Origin: Nanobdellota archaeon
GTDB lineage: Archaea > Nanobdellota > Nanobdellia > Woesearchaeales > GW2011-AR4
DNA length: 55,216 nucleotides
Reading direction: 5' to 3'
NCBI GenBank assembly: GCA_038046385.1
Contig: JBBSWH010000012.1
Span: 1 to 55,216, forward strand
The notes beneath the pieces were generated by a model. That model saw only the letters and a program-made list of their open reading frames with translations. It searched no databases and was not told the DNA's origin. The translations under genes were made by a program, and so were the position numbers. Below, in pieces: positions 1 through 8,733 of this stretch (positions within the stretch are counted from its first letter, which is position 1; each line of letters opens with the position of its first letter).

Positions 1-16
1 TTGCTTTTACCTAAAG

Positions 17-51
17 GAAACTCCACCCTTTAGGGTGCGAGAGGAGGTCAT
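17..51 (+). mobile_element. Probable right end of an IS200/IS605-type (tnpB) element, i.e. an omegaRNA 3' scaffold end
   Basis: Sequence GAAACTCCACCC-TTTA-GGGTGCGAGAGGAGGTCA. Hairpin CACCC(24-28)/GGGTG(33-37), extended by CTC/GAG, then a GAGGAGGTCA terminus and an abrupt shift to AT-rich DNA. Resembles archaeal tnpB right ends; any element body lies outside the window. Confidence 0.55.
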
Positions 52-85
52 TCATAATAATAAATTAATTATTAGCCATATATAA

Positions 86-101
86 CCGAAAGATTTATAT
101 A
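86..101 (+). promoter_or_regulatory. Archaeal BRE + TATA box for the S26 peptidase gene
   Basis: CCGAAAGA-TTTATATA about 40 bp upstream of the ATG at 141; a GGGGGT SD-like motif precedes the start. Confidence 0.6.
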
Positions 102-140
102 TAGTTAACTACTTTTAAGTAATGAATAGTTGGGGGTAAA

Positions 141-725
141 ATGGACAAAAAAGATTTGATACTATATATAGTATTGTTCGCCTTAGGGTGGACTATGAGT
201 GGAGCATACTTCTACTATTCGGCCCCTGTTATGATTCTAAGCACAGCGCAGGATTATGATTCAAGCTCTGCGCAGCTGGTTACTGAAAAAACACAGGATA
301 AAAATTTAGAAGCTTTTGCTGCTGCGATAGGCATTTCTGATGCGCAGGCTGATAATGACATTCCCTCGCCGCAGTCAAGGATAAAGGTGGAAGACATATC
401 AGTTTATGACAATGAAATCGTGCTTAAAGTTAAAAATCCCCAATGGGCTATTTTCACAGACACAAACTCAATGGATCCCGTTATTGACTCAAATAGCAAG
501 GCAATAGAAGTTGTTCCAAACTCTCCTGAAGACATTCATGTTGGAGACATTGTTGCTTACCGTTCAAAATATGTTGACGGCGTTGTTGCCCACAGGGTTA
601 TTGAAACAGGGTACGATTCTTCTGGATGGTACGCAAGATTGAAAGGGGATAACAACCCGAATGCAGATCCTGAAAAAGTAAGAATGTCTCAAGTAAAAGG
701 GATTGTTGCTGCGATAATATACTGA
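141..725 (+). CDS. Signal peptidase I, S26B (Sec11/SipW-like) family
   Basis: N-terminal TM helix, catalytic-Ser box TNSMDP, GDIVAY, catalytic-His box VAHRV, and KGDNN..D. Confidence 0.8.
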   Translation: MDKKDLILYIVLFALGWTMSGAYFYYSAPVMILSTAQDYDSSSAQLVTEKTQDKNLEAFAAAIGISDAQADNDIPSPQSRIKVEDISVYDNEIVLKVKNPQWAIFTDTNSMDPVIDSNSKAIEVVPNSPEDIHVGDIVAYRSKYVDGVVAHRVIETGYDSSGWYARLKGDNNPNADPEKVRMSQVKGIVAAIIY

Positions 726-875
726 TTAATATTCAATTCTATATTGCTTATGGCACGTAAATTTCTTCACACCCAAAACGTGCTTTATCGTCAGAAACAC
801 TTATACAATTTCTAAAATATAATTTCAATAGGAAAAATAATAAGTTATTTAAACAAAACAGGCATGTTTTTCCCT

Positions 876-1295
876 ATGGAAAAAAGATTTTATCTGGATA
901 CAAACATCTGGCGCGACTATTATGAAAACAGGTCAGATTCTTTAAAATCCTTGGGCAAACCTGCTTTGAATTTCTTGCTGGGCGCAATAAAGGAAGGTAA
1001 CTTAATCATATACTCGGAATTGGTGGTTCACGAATTAATTTCCAAATATACAAAAGAAGAAATAAGCGCTATTTTCTCGATTTTCTATAACCTCAATATT
1101 TTGGTCAAAGCTGAAATTTCAAAAAATCAGGCAAAAGAAGCCAGTGACTTATGCAGAAAAAGGAATGTGCCTTTCGGAGATGCACTACATGCAATTTTGG
1201 CAAGAGATAACGGTGCCATGCTCATTACAAGAGACAATCACTTCAAAAAGCTGAATGGTATTGCGGAAACCAAGAAACCGGAAGAATTAATTTAA
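876..1295 (+). CDS. vapC: PIN-domain (VapC-like) ribonuclease toxin
   Basis: Motifs YLDTN, S...HEL, FGDALHA and LITRDNHF supply the acidic PIN quartet. ATG 876 is preferred over 864. Confidence 0.85.
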   Translation: MEKRFYLDTNIWRDYYENRSDSLKSLGKPALNFLLGAIKEGNLIIYSELVVHELISKYTKEEISAIFSIFYNLNILVKAEISKNQAKEASDLCRKRNVPFGDALHAILARDNGAMLITRDNHFKKLNGIAETKKPEELI

Positions 1296-1550
1296 CCTTA
1301 TGCCAAACTTTTTTGCAAACTTATTTCCAACCTTTTCCCTTATTTCTCTTTCTTCCTTCTGGCTGGTTTTAACTTTGGAGCTCCCAAAGTATGCTCTAAG
1401 CTTTTTTGCAGCTTGCTCTTTTTTCAAATCAATGAGCTTGTCCCTGATTGCTTCCCTTATAAATTCAGTTTTAGTGCTGTAGTAAGGCTTCATTGCCTTG
1501 TCTATCTCCTTAGCAAGATTATCTTCGACCTTTATTGTTATAGACTCCAT
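1287..1550 (-). CDS. Ribbon-helix-helix (CopG/VapB-like) protein, probable antitoxin
   Basis: MESITIKVEDNLAKEID...YSTKTEFIREAIRDKL fits the RHH pattern. Its 3' end overlaps vapC by 9 bp, convergently. Confidence 0.8.
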   Translation of the reverse strand: MESITIKVEDNLAKEIDKAMKPYYSTKTEFIREAIRDKLIDLKKEQAAKKLRAYFGSSKVKTSQKEEREIREKVGNKFAKKFGIRLN

Positions 1551-1552
1551 AG

Positions 1553-1571
1553 TAAGACTAAATAAGACTAA
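1553..1571. promoter_or_regulatory. Putative RHH operator (direct repeats)
   Basis: TAAGACTAA at 1553-1561 and 1563-1571 (10-bp period), between the TATA-like TTTAAATA and the RHH start. Confidence 0.5.
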
Positions 1572-1651
1572 GTAATATTTAAACCTTTCGGCTGAATCAC
1601 ATAAAAAACGGAACTACTAGAATACTGACTTTCTTAGTGCATAACGATTGG

Positions 1652-1687
1652 GCTTCATGGTACGTAAAGTTCTGGTACGTAAAGTAC
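1652..1687 (+). repeat. Tandem TGGTACGTAAAGT(T/A)C repeat with a degenerate copy at 746-766
   Basis: 15-bp period tandem at 1658-1687. GCTTCATGGTACGTAAAGTTCT (1652-1673) versus GCTTATGGCACGTAAATTTCT (746-766). Confidence 0.6.
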
Positions 1688-1751
1688 TCTAACCTCAAAA
1701 TATAGTTTTCCGTCTAAAATCTGAAAATAAAATTCTAAAAATTCAGGAAAA

Positions 1752-2720
1752 TCAATAAGCCTGCACTGCCCTGAAGATTATCGTGCCGTTGCAGACTCCT
1801 GCTGCTCCTAATGGAATCTGCAGCTTCCAGTAAGTTGAATTAGTGCTGTTTCCGACAGCGCTGTCTTTGAATCTCTGCCCGATTGTCAGATTAACAACCT
1901 GCCTTGACTGGTTGGTTATATTCTGCATGTCCCCGAAAATGGTTGTATTGTCCGGCTGGTATCTCATGTAGCCGAATGTTATGTTTACGCCTGCTTCGCA
2001 TATCATGCTTAAATTTTGGCCAATATCTTCATCATCGCTTCCGTACCCTCTTACGCTTACATTTATCGGAATATTTCCGGTGTTGGTTACATTTTGCCTT
2101 ACAAATCTCGAAATCTGGGATGCAGACAAATTTCCAAAATCCAAAACAGGAGTTTCAACATCTATTCCAAGCACTTCATTTACCGTAACAAAAGATGAAT
2201 TTTCGCTGCTTAGCAGGCCGCCGCTGTCATTTATTGTCATATTGCACTGCCATCTTCCGGCATTTGCATAATACTGCACGGGAAACTGGCACGAGCATGT
2301 CGCGTTTTGGTTTCCGGTTCCGGGAACAGCGCTGCACAGCCCGCAGCTTATATTTTTGTAATGGGTGTTGTTGTCATCAGCAGCATTTGGGTTTATTCCT
2401 TCAAAATAAAAAGTAGCGCTTACATTTTTTATGTCATTAAATCCGTTTATTTCCGTAGCTGATCCGTTGCAGATTACATTTGTTGCGTTGTTTGCAGTAA
2501 GGTCAATCGGAGGCGTTGGAGAAGTAACATACACTCTGTAAAGCGTAGGCTCTGTGTTTGAAACATTGACCCTCGCAAGAACGCTTTTGTTGGTGACATT
2601 AAGCGCCGCAGCGTCAGGAGAAGTAAAAACAGTTCCAATAAACAGGAAAGAGGAAAAAAGTAAAACTAATAAAATGTATTCAAACAGATTCCAAACGCTT
2701 CTTTTTACTTTTAGTATCAT
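1752..2720 (-). CDS. Secreted/surface glycoprotein (beta-rich, Cys pairs); paralog of the C-terminal part of 11076..12602
   Basis: N-terminal hydrophobic segment and many NxS/T sequons. Shares PxDL..C, DDNNxHYxNxSC, D(F/Y)GNL, NxGNxPIN and YWKLQxP..GxCNGT with the 508-aa ORF. Confidence 0.8.
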   Translation of the reverse strand: MILKVKRSVWNLFEYILLVLLFSSFLFIGTVFTSPDAAALNVTNKSVLARVNVSNTEPTLYRVYVTSPTPPIDLTANNATNVICNGSATEINGFNDIKNVSATFYFEGINPNAADDNNTHYKNISCGLCSAVPGTGNQNATCSCQFPVQYYANAGRWQCNMTINDSGGLLSSENSSFVTVNEVLGIDVETPVLDFGNLSASQISRFVRQNVTNTGNIPINVSVRGYGSDDEDIGQNLSMICEAGVNITFGYMRYQPDNTTIFGDMQNITNQSRQVVNLTIGQRFKDSAVGNSTNSTYWKLQIPLGAAGVCNGTIIFRAVQAY

Positions 2721-2768
2721 CTACATTTCATTTGTTTCAGTATTCCATGTCCAATATTGGTGATAGGG

Positions 2769-2918
2769 CTATTTCAGAACCATTATTATCTCAGAGCCCT
2801 GGTTAATCCAGTAATTCCTGCACCGCGTGTTTATGCACACTAGCAGAATGCTCTCGCTGTTTTCCCTAACCCTCAACCTTTGGCTGCACATTTTGCAGTG
2901 TTCTTCTTTTTGAATCAT
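2769..2918 (-). CDS. Small zinc-finger-like protein, 49 aa (missing from the ORF track)
   Basis: Hand translation: MIQKEEHCKMCSQRLRVRENSESILLVCINTRCRNYWINQGSEIIMVLK. Has CxxC...Cx4C and starts 4 nt after the upstream stop on the same strand. Confidence 0.55.
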   Translation of the reverse strand: MIQKEEHCKMCSQRLRVRENSESILLVCINTRCRNYWINQGSEIIMVLK

Positions 2919-2922
2919 GTTA

Positions 2923-3699
2923 TTATGAAAGCTCTACAAAAAAATAATACGTTGTGGCGCTGGCGACATCTCCATTTTCCCCGACAATCATTTGAAAGTC
3001 AACAGGGCTTCCCTGAAATCCGATTTGATTTTGCTCAAGAAGCGCAGTATAGATTATGCTTTGATTATCTGTAAGAAGAACTTCAACAAAATCATTTGTC
3101 TGGTACCTGTCATTAACGAACAATGTTGTCTGCATGCACCCGCTTTCATTGTTTATCACAGACGTTCCAACCTGAAAATTGCCGGAGAATGTCTGGTTGA
3201 ATGTCTTGTTGATGCTGTCGCTGTCCGAAGGCTGCGCGCCCAAAGTTCTTTCAAGATCTGTGCCATTGAATTTTTGTATTATTGGCTGGCCGTTGCTGAG
3301 GTTGTTTGTGTAATTAAAGCAAAACACATTTGCCCAGGCTATATTTCCCGACTCGCTCCCGTTTGAAGCGTAAATCTCTCCTTGCGGGCTCGCAAGCTCC
3401 CAGTTATACAAAGTAGAATTAAGGGCATCATCAAGCGTTATGGCTCCCGTGATGTTTCCATAATAGCCCTGCCATCTATTGGTTAGCCTTGTAGAATTTA
3501 TGTTCAACGCCGTGACATTTCCTGCCTGAGCCTGCACTTTTACCCCTCCGGTTGTGTTATCTATCCCCAGCACCCTTCTTTCTGGAGTTGCATTCCTGAT
3601 GTAATCAGGGCCCTGCGGGGCTGCTTTTGCAAATTCCGTTCCCACTATAGGCAGCAGGAATATCAAAACCACCAAAACAATCGCATTTTTTATTTTCAT
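2923..3699 (-). CDS. Secreted beta-rich hypothetical protein
   Basis: Signal peptide ending AKA-A, AGNVT..WQGYYGNITG motif, C-terminal aromatic strand TYYFFVELS; no C-terminal TM. Confidence 0.8.
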   Translation of the reverse strand: MKIKNAIVLVVLIFLLPIVGTEFAKAAPQGPDYIRNATPERRVLGIDNTTGGVKVQAQAGNVTALNINSTRLTNRWQGYYGNITGAITLDDALNSTLYNWELASPQGEIYASNGSESGNIAWANVFCFNYTNNLSNGQPIIQKFNGTDLERTLGAQPSDSDSINKTFNQTFSGNFQVGTSVINNESGCMQTTLFVNDRYQTNDFVEVLLTDNQSIIYTALLEQNQIGFQGSPVDFQMIVGENGDVASATTYYFFVELS

Positions 3700-3734
3700 T
3701 TTTCATTTTGGCTCTCGTTGCGCCTGTAAAAAAA

Positions 3735-3817
3735 TAAGGAAGCATGGAATTTTGGTTTTAGAACATCTTGGTCTGAGGTGTTTTAGGACGCCTTCTGCCA
3801 AAATTCCGCTGCCCTTA
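3735..3817. other. Long intergenic stem-loop (terminator/attenuator-like)
   Basis: GGAATTTTGG(3746-3755)/CCAAAATTCC(3798-3807), outer TAAGG/CCTTA and an inner G-T-rich stem. Followed by a T-run on the minus strand. Confidence 0.5.
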
Positions 3818-3833
3818 CTTTATAAAAAATGAT

Positions 3834-4448
3834 TCAAGCGCCTCCGCTTCCAACTCCCATTGCATTATTTTTGTCGTATATAACCAATAATTTTGACTGT
3901 GGTGAAAACTGGCCCTTGCCGCCCTTGAGCATCTTTTCAAATTCTGCCGGCAGCAATGCAATAACTCCGATTTCCTTGTTTTTTCCGGCAGCTTTCTCAG
4001 CATCTGATTTTTTTTCGCAGACCAGCACAAGATTATTGGAACTGATGTCAAATGCAATAAGGCCCATACTGCCCATTAGGGGTTTTATCCTCCAGTACAT
4101 GCTCTCAACCTTTTCGTGAATCTCTTTGCCTAAAAACCAAATTCTGAGAATTATCTTTTGATGCTCGCTGGCCTTAAGCAGCGTTTTGCCGGCAAACCCC
4201 TGCATTGCAAGAACAATATAAGCAGAATCGTCGTTTAGTGAAAACAGCGTCCTTGGCTTGCCTTTGTCCCTGTTTTTTATCTTCTCTTTTTTGACAAGAT
4301 TGGTTGCCTCAAGAAGCCTTAGCTGCTGGCTGACATTGGCCATTGTCGTGTTAAGCTTCTCTGCAAGCTGCAGAGGGCTGCTTTTCTCATATGAAAGTGA
4401 CTTTAGAATATTCCACTTCTGCTCTGAAAACATTAGTTCAAGTTCCAT
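3834..4448 (-). CDS. Winged-HTH (ArsR-like) transcription regulator with an extra C-terminal domain
   Basis: KWNILKSL..SPLQLAEKLNTTMANVSQQLRLLEATNLV..GKPRTLFSL wHTH signature. Confidence 0.8.
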   Translation of the reverse strand: MELELMFSEQKWNILKSLSYEKSSPLQLAEKLNTTMANVSQQLRLLEATNLVKKEKIKNRDKGKPRTLFSLNDDSAYIVLAMQGFAGKTLLKASEHQKIILRIWFLGKEIHEKVESMYWRIKPLMGSMGLIAFDISSNNLVLVCEKKSDAEKAAGKNKEIGVIALLPAEFEKMLKGGKGQFSPQSKLLVIYDKNNAMGVGSGGA

Positions 4449-4653
4449 TTGTTGACGTCATTTCCGATTTTAGTATGGAAAATGGTATACTGATACCTTT
4501 TGTGAAACCGCTTATATTTAAATATTTCGTTTTTTATTCAATTACTTTATTTTTTTGATTATTGTAGTTAATTTATTATTTAATTAGTCATGAATAAAAA
4601 ATGTTTTTCATTGTTTGGTAAGTTGAGTTATAATGTATGGGCGAAGCGTTGCG

Positions 4654-4770
4654 ATTACAATGTATGGCGAGCTGGTTATGGTGCCAGCGAGCTGTAGAAT
4701 TTGTCGCGAAGCGACGGAAAGGAAATTTCAATAAAACAAAATAACGAAAAACACATTAACTAATAACATT
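4654..4770 (+). repeat. Structured intergenic repeat, copy 1 (inverted partner at 8581-8709)
   Basis: The 30-bp core GCGAGCTGGTTATGGTGCCAGCGAGCTGTA (4667-4696) is the exact reverse complement of 8667-8696. Flanks are also similar (AATGTAT, TTCAATAAAA, TAACTAATAACATT). Confidence 0.85.
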
Positions 4771-4812
4771 AAAAAAATAATAGAATTAAATTAATTAAAA
4801 TTATCCTAAAAT

Positions 4813-6522
4813 CTAAACAGCAGGCTTATTCTCGTCTTTCTTTTTCCTGCGCTTCTTCCAGACTACAAGGAACAGCAGGAGGATTATGACTATCATCAAT
4901 GAATAGAACAGGTAATCTATCTTCTCAAACACTATCTGGAAAACAGCTTCTTTCACCCTCACAAGCGCATTCTCCCTTTCTCCGTAATACACCCTAAGCT
5001 TGACTTTTTCATTGTCTGCAAGGTCTTCTTCTTCAAGCGAATCAACTTTCACCTTCAGTGTTTTTTTGGAGCCTGCAGAAACCAATTCTGCGCCCCCTTC
5101 CATTGCGAAATTATTTTTCTGCCCGGCAACAATCACATCTATCAGTTCAGCATCAACATAGCAGTCAACTCCGCCTGTGTTTTCGACTTCAATGCCAAAA
5201 TACTTGCTTCTTTTGTTGAAAGACATTGTTTCATCCTGGCTTAATGTGACGTCGCATTCATCAAGAACCCTGACAGATTGGACATCCAGTCTTAATCTTA
5301 TTTCCTTTTCAAGAGACCCTTTGGATTCTCCGTATATTACAAATACATCAACACTTATCGCTCCGTCGGCTATTGTATCAACATCATAAATCATTGTCTT
5401 TGTCTCGCCGCCGTCAATGAATACTGCGCCTATGTCTCCGACTGTCTGCTTTGACCCGTCTGGGCCGTCTATGCCGTAGCTTCCTATGAAATATGCTGCC
5501 TGCTGTTCTGGATTTTTTAAAGTTACTTCGAGCTTGTTTGTTGCCTTGTTGTATTTTATGGAAACAATTTCAAGTTTGATAGAATAAAACGGCAGGTAAT
5601 ACATATCCAGCGCCTCTACTTGGGATATCGCCCCCTGAGGTGCTCTTGCGCCCTGCGCAAATTTTACGAAAACGCTTATTCCCAGCTGCCTTCTTATTGT
5701 TGTTGCAGTCCCGACAAGCTCATTTCCTATAAGAACTCCGACTTCTATGTCGCTTCCGGTAATATATTCCTTGACTGCATCAGGCACGTTATTTGTTCCT
5801 ATAAAAACAACCGGCTCAGAGCCAGACATAATCTCCTGTTCTATGAATTCCCCGTTTGTCAGGACAGCCTGCTTCGAGTGTTTTATTTCCTGATATTTTT
5901 TTACTATTTCTATATTATTAAGAAAACGATCACCTTCTTTGTTTATTATTTCAGGATTGTATTTTGCAAGTGTATTTTTAACTTCCCTGTCTACATTTCC
6001 GTATATCACCAAAGCCCCTATCTTCTTTGTGCCGAGGAAAGAATCAACATCCCTGTAGTTGCCCTTGTCTGCAAAAATAACAAATGAGTTCGTAACCATA
6101 GCGTATGGTGCTATTGCAACTGCATTGTAGCCGTAAGAATCATCTATTATAATATAATTATTGATTGAGTCAAGTTTTTTTGCCAGCTCCAGATTAACAT
6201 TATCAAATACCCATTCCTCTGCAGTGTATCCTTTCCCCTGCAGCAGATTCTTGTATCCAACAACATAAGGTATTTTTTTTGAGCTGACTGCAAGGACATT
6301 GCTGTCTGTAGGTATGCTGTTGAGTATCAGCGTTGCGTGCTTGTCGCTTACTAAAAAGCCGGAGGTGCTTCCTATGAGATTGCTGTAAAGAACAACAGAA
6401 TAAACATCTCTCCAGTCCTCTGAATTGGAAAGTACTCTGTCAGGAACCTCTTGTGCAAAAACAAAAGAAGACGGCATAATCATCATAAGAAATAACGCAG
6501 CAAATGTGAAATATTTTTTCAT
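4813..6522 (-). CDS. Membrane-anchored surface protein with cell-wall-binding-2-like alpha/beta repeats and two Ig-like domains
   Basis: Signal peptide ending VFA-Q, three alpha/beta segments, beta-rich C-terminal half, C-terminal TM followed by a KKRRKKK tail. The domain call is tentative. Confidence 0.7.
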   Translation of the reverse strand: MKKYFTFAALFLMMIMPSSFVFAQEVPDRVLSNSEDWRDVYSVVLYSNLIGSTSGFLVSDKHATLILNSIPTDSNVLAVSSKKIPYVVGYKNLLQGKGYTAEEWVFDNVNLELAKKLDSINNYIIIDDSYGYNAVAIAPYAMVTNSFVIFADKGNYRDVDSFLGTKKIGALVIYGNVDREVKNTLAKYNPEIINKEGDRFLNNIEIVKKYQEIKHSKQAVLTNGEFIEQEIMSGSEPVVFIGTNNVPDAVKEYITGSDIEVGVLIGNELVGTATTIRRQLGISVFVKFAQGARAPQGAISQVEALDMYYLPFYSIKLEIVSIKYNKATNKLEVTLKNPEQQAAYFIGSYGIDGPDGSKQTVGDIGAVFIDGGETKTMIYDVDTIADGAISVDVFVIYGESKGSLEKEIRLRLDVQSVRVLDECDVTLSQDETMSFNKRSKYFGIEVENTGGVDCYVDAELIDVIVAGQKNNFAMEGGAELVSAGSKKTLKVKVDSLEEEDLADNEKVKLRVYYGERENALVRVKEAVFQIVFEKIDYLFYSLMIVIILLLFLVVWKKRRKKKDENKPAV

Positions 6523-6633
6523 TTTATCTTGAACCGGCCATTTAGTCTATTTTTTTAAATTATTGAAAATTTTAAGTGATATAATGTTTAATGTGAAATT
6601 ATCCTATAAAAACATTATAAACCTTTCGCTTGT

Positions 6634-7851
6634 TTAGTGCTGCAGCACGCTGACAAATCTGTTGTATATCTCTATGCATTTCTGCGCAGGCACATCCCAG
6701 CTGAATTTCTTGACTTCTACTGATCCGTGTTCCTTAAGAGTTTCATGAAGCGCCTTGTACTTCAGTGCAGACAATATTTTATTGGCAAGCTCGTCCACAT
6801 CCCAGAAATCTGCTGTGAGGCAGTGCTTCACAACTTCAGACACTCCGCTTTGCTTGGACACGAGAAGCGGCGTTCCGTTTCTCATGGCTTCAAGCGCTGC
6901 AATCCCGAAAGGCTCTGACACAGACGGCATCACATAAAGGTCAGCCATTTTGTAAATCCTGTCAATATCCCTCCCCTGAAGGAATCCTGCAAATGTAACG
7001 CTCTTCGATATGCCAAGCTCTGCTGTCTTTTCTATTATGAAGCGCTCCATGTCTCCCTTTCCGACAATTATGAATTTTACATTCGGATCGCGCTGCAGAA
7101 CTCTTTTTGCAGCATAAAGAAAGTAATCCGGGCCTTTCTGCAGAGTTATTCTTCCAAGGAACAAAACCATCTTGTTGTATTTGCTTATCCTGAATCCGCT
7201 ATCATCGCCCTCGCCTGAAAAATCAACGGCGTTGTGGACAACATAAACTTTATCCGGGTTTATCCCGTAATGCTTTATGATTTTGTTTTTCGTGAAGTTG
7301 CTTACTGCAATGACAGCATCAGCTGCTTCCATTCCTTCCCTTTCTATGTCATAAACATACTGGTTGACATGGTCTCCGCCAGTGCGGTCAAATTCTGTTG
7401 AATGAACATGCACAACCAATGGGCGATTTCTTGCAATCTTTGCATTTATTCCTGCTTTGAAAGTCATCCAGTCATGGCAGTGTATTATATCAAAATCCTC
7501 TTCCATTGCAATGAGCTTGGCTTCTTCAGAATACCTGTAAACCTCGTCGAAAAGTGAATCGCTGTATATCACTGCGAGCTTAGCAGCACTTCTCTTATTT
7601 TTTCTTATCTCATCAGAGTAGCTTTGAGAGCTCATGTACGGAGTCAGCATGGATTTTATTGTTTTTATTTTGATGCTGTTTATCGGCCTTAAATGCAGAA
7701 AATCATATTCAGCAACATCCCTTCCGTAAGGCAGTATAAATGTTATATCTATATGTAATTTGCTTAGGCTTTTTGTGAGCCCATAGCATGCTGTACCCAG
7801 CCCCCCGCTGCTGTATGGAGGGAACTCCCACCCGAACATCAGAACTTTCAT
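6634..7851 (-). CDS. GT4 family glycosyltransferase (glycogen/alpha-glucan synthase-like)
   Basis: MKVLMFGWEFPP..GGLG, IHCHDW, HVHSTE, FLGRITLQKG and PSVSEPFGIAALEAM (EX7E). Confidence 0.9.
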   Translation of the reverse strand: MKVLMFGWEFPPYSSGGLGTACYGLTKSLSKLHIDITFILPYGRDVAEYDFLHLRPINSIKIKTIKSMLTPYMSSQSYSDEIRKNKRSAAKLAVIYSDSLFDEVYRYSEEAKLIAMEEDFDIIHCHDWMTFKAGINAKIARNRPLVVHVHSTEFDRTGGDHVNQYVYDIEREGMEAADAVIAVSNFTKNKIIKHYGINPDKVYVVHNAVDFSGEGDDSGFRISKYNKMVLFLGRITLQKGPDYFLYAAKRVLQRDPNVKFIIVGKGDMERFIIEKTAELGISKSVTFAGFLQGRDIDRIYKMADLYVMPSVSEPFGIAALEAMRNGTPLLVSKQSGVSEVVKHCLTADFWDVDELANKILSALKYKALHETLKEHGSVEVKKFSWDVPAQKCIEIYNRFVSVLQH

Positions 7852-8025
7852 CTCACCCTCTTTTTTATACCATGATTTCTTTAGTCTATATTAAAGCCTT
7901 TCTCTTTACTTGAGAAGAGTAACCGAACAATTTTTTAGGGGGATTATAATCTACTTAGGGTTTTAATATACAAAAACATAATATTTATATATTAGACTGA
8001 GTTAATCAAGTTTTGGGGTGGTAAA

Positions 8026-8448
8026 GTGGTAATATTAGTAGACCAGTATAATTTACCTGAAGACATATTTGAGATTATTTTTGCAACTTCTCAGCAAAAG
8101 ATTGTTGCCAAGATTCTCGTGAATACATTTAAGGAAAACAACAGCGAACTTACAAAAAGCGAGATGTCGCTCTTTGCTACAAAGCTTCACGAAGGAAACC
8201 TTGTAACAACAATAGACGAGGAGCCTTTCAGGGGCAAGCAGGTTAAGCTGTCTTACAACAAGAGGCAGTTCTACGATAGAATTTTGACGCCAATGAGGAG
8301 CATGGGGCTCATAGACTATGACCTTTACAAAAAGACATACAAGCTTTCAGAAAACTTCAACAAGCTCATGATGCAGATAGGCTTAATGTGGACAACTGAA
8401 GTGAGAAAGCAGAATGCAGGCTTCAAAATAAAGGCAGAGCATAACTGA
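8026..8448 (+). CDS. Hypothetical winged-helix-like protein
   Basis: GTG start with a GGGGTG SD and an upstream TTTATATA. FYDRILTPMRSMGLIDYD..KTYKLS resembles a recognition helix plus wing. Confidence 0.7.
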   Translation: MVILVDQYNLPEDIFEIIFATSQQKIVAKILVNTFKENNSELTKSEMSLFATKLHEGNLVTTIDEEPFRGKQVKLSYNKRQFYDRILTPMRSMGLIDYDLYKKTYKLSENFNKLMMQIGLMWTTEVRKQNAGFKIKAEHN

Positions 8449-8580
8449 ATTTATTTATTTATTATCTTATTTTTTTCTTTATTTTATTATTAAAATTTTA
8501 TTAATTTTTTATATTGATTTTTATTATTTTAATCTTTTGTTAATTATTTTTTATTGGTTTAATTTTAATTATTATTGGTC

Positions 8581-8709
8581 AATGTTATTAGTTATTGATT
8601 TGTTTTTTAATGAGCTTTCGTCAATGCGTTTCTTTTATTGAATTTTTCTGTCCTTCGGACATATGTTACAGCTCGCTGGCACCATAACCAGCTCGCAATA
8701 CATTATAAT
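8581..8709 (-). repeat. Structured intergenic repeat, copy 2 (inverted relative to copy 1)
   Basis: Reverse complement reads ATTATAATGTATTGCGAGCTGGTTATGGTGCCAGCGAGCTGTAACATATGTCCGAAGGACAG..., matching 4654-4770. Confidence 0.85.
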
Positions 8710-8733
8710 AATAAGAGATTATACTTACTTTGC

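Noticed and set aside
746-1690. Integron attC sites around the TA pair
   Set aside because: GCATAAC occurs at 1639-1645, but I could not find a properly spaced complementary R' box and L boxes, and no integrase is in the window. Kept only as an unexplained repeat.
4667-4716. The structured repeat as a SECIS element or hammerhead ribozyme
   Set aside because: There are no in-frame UGA selenoprotein candidates nearby and no CUGANGA/GAAA hammerhead core.
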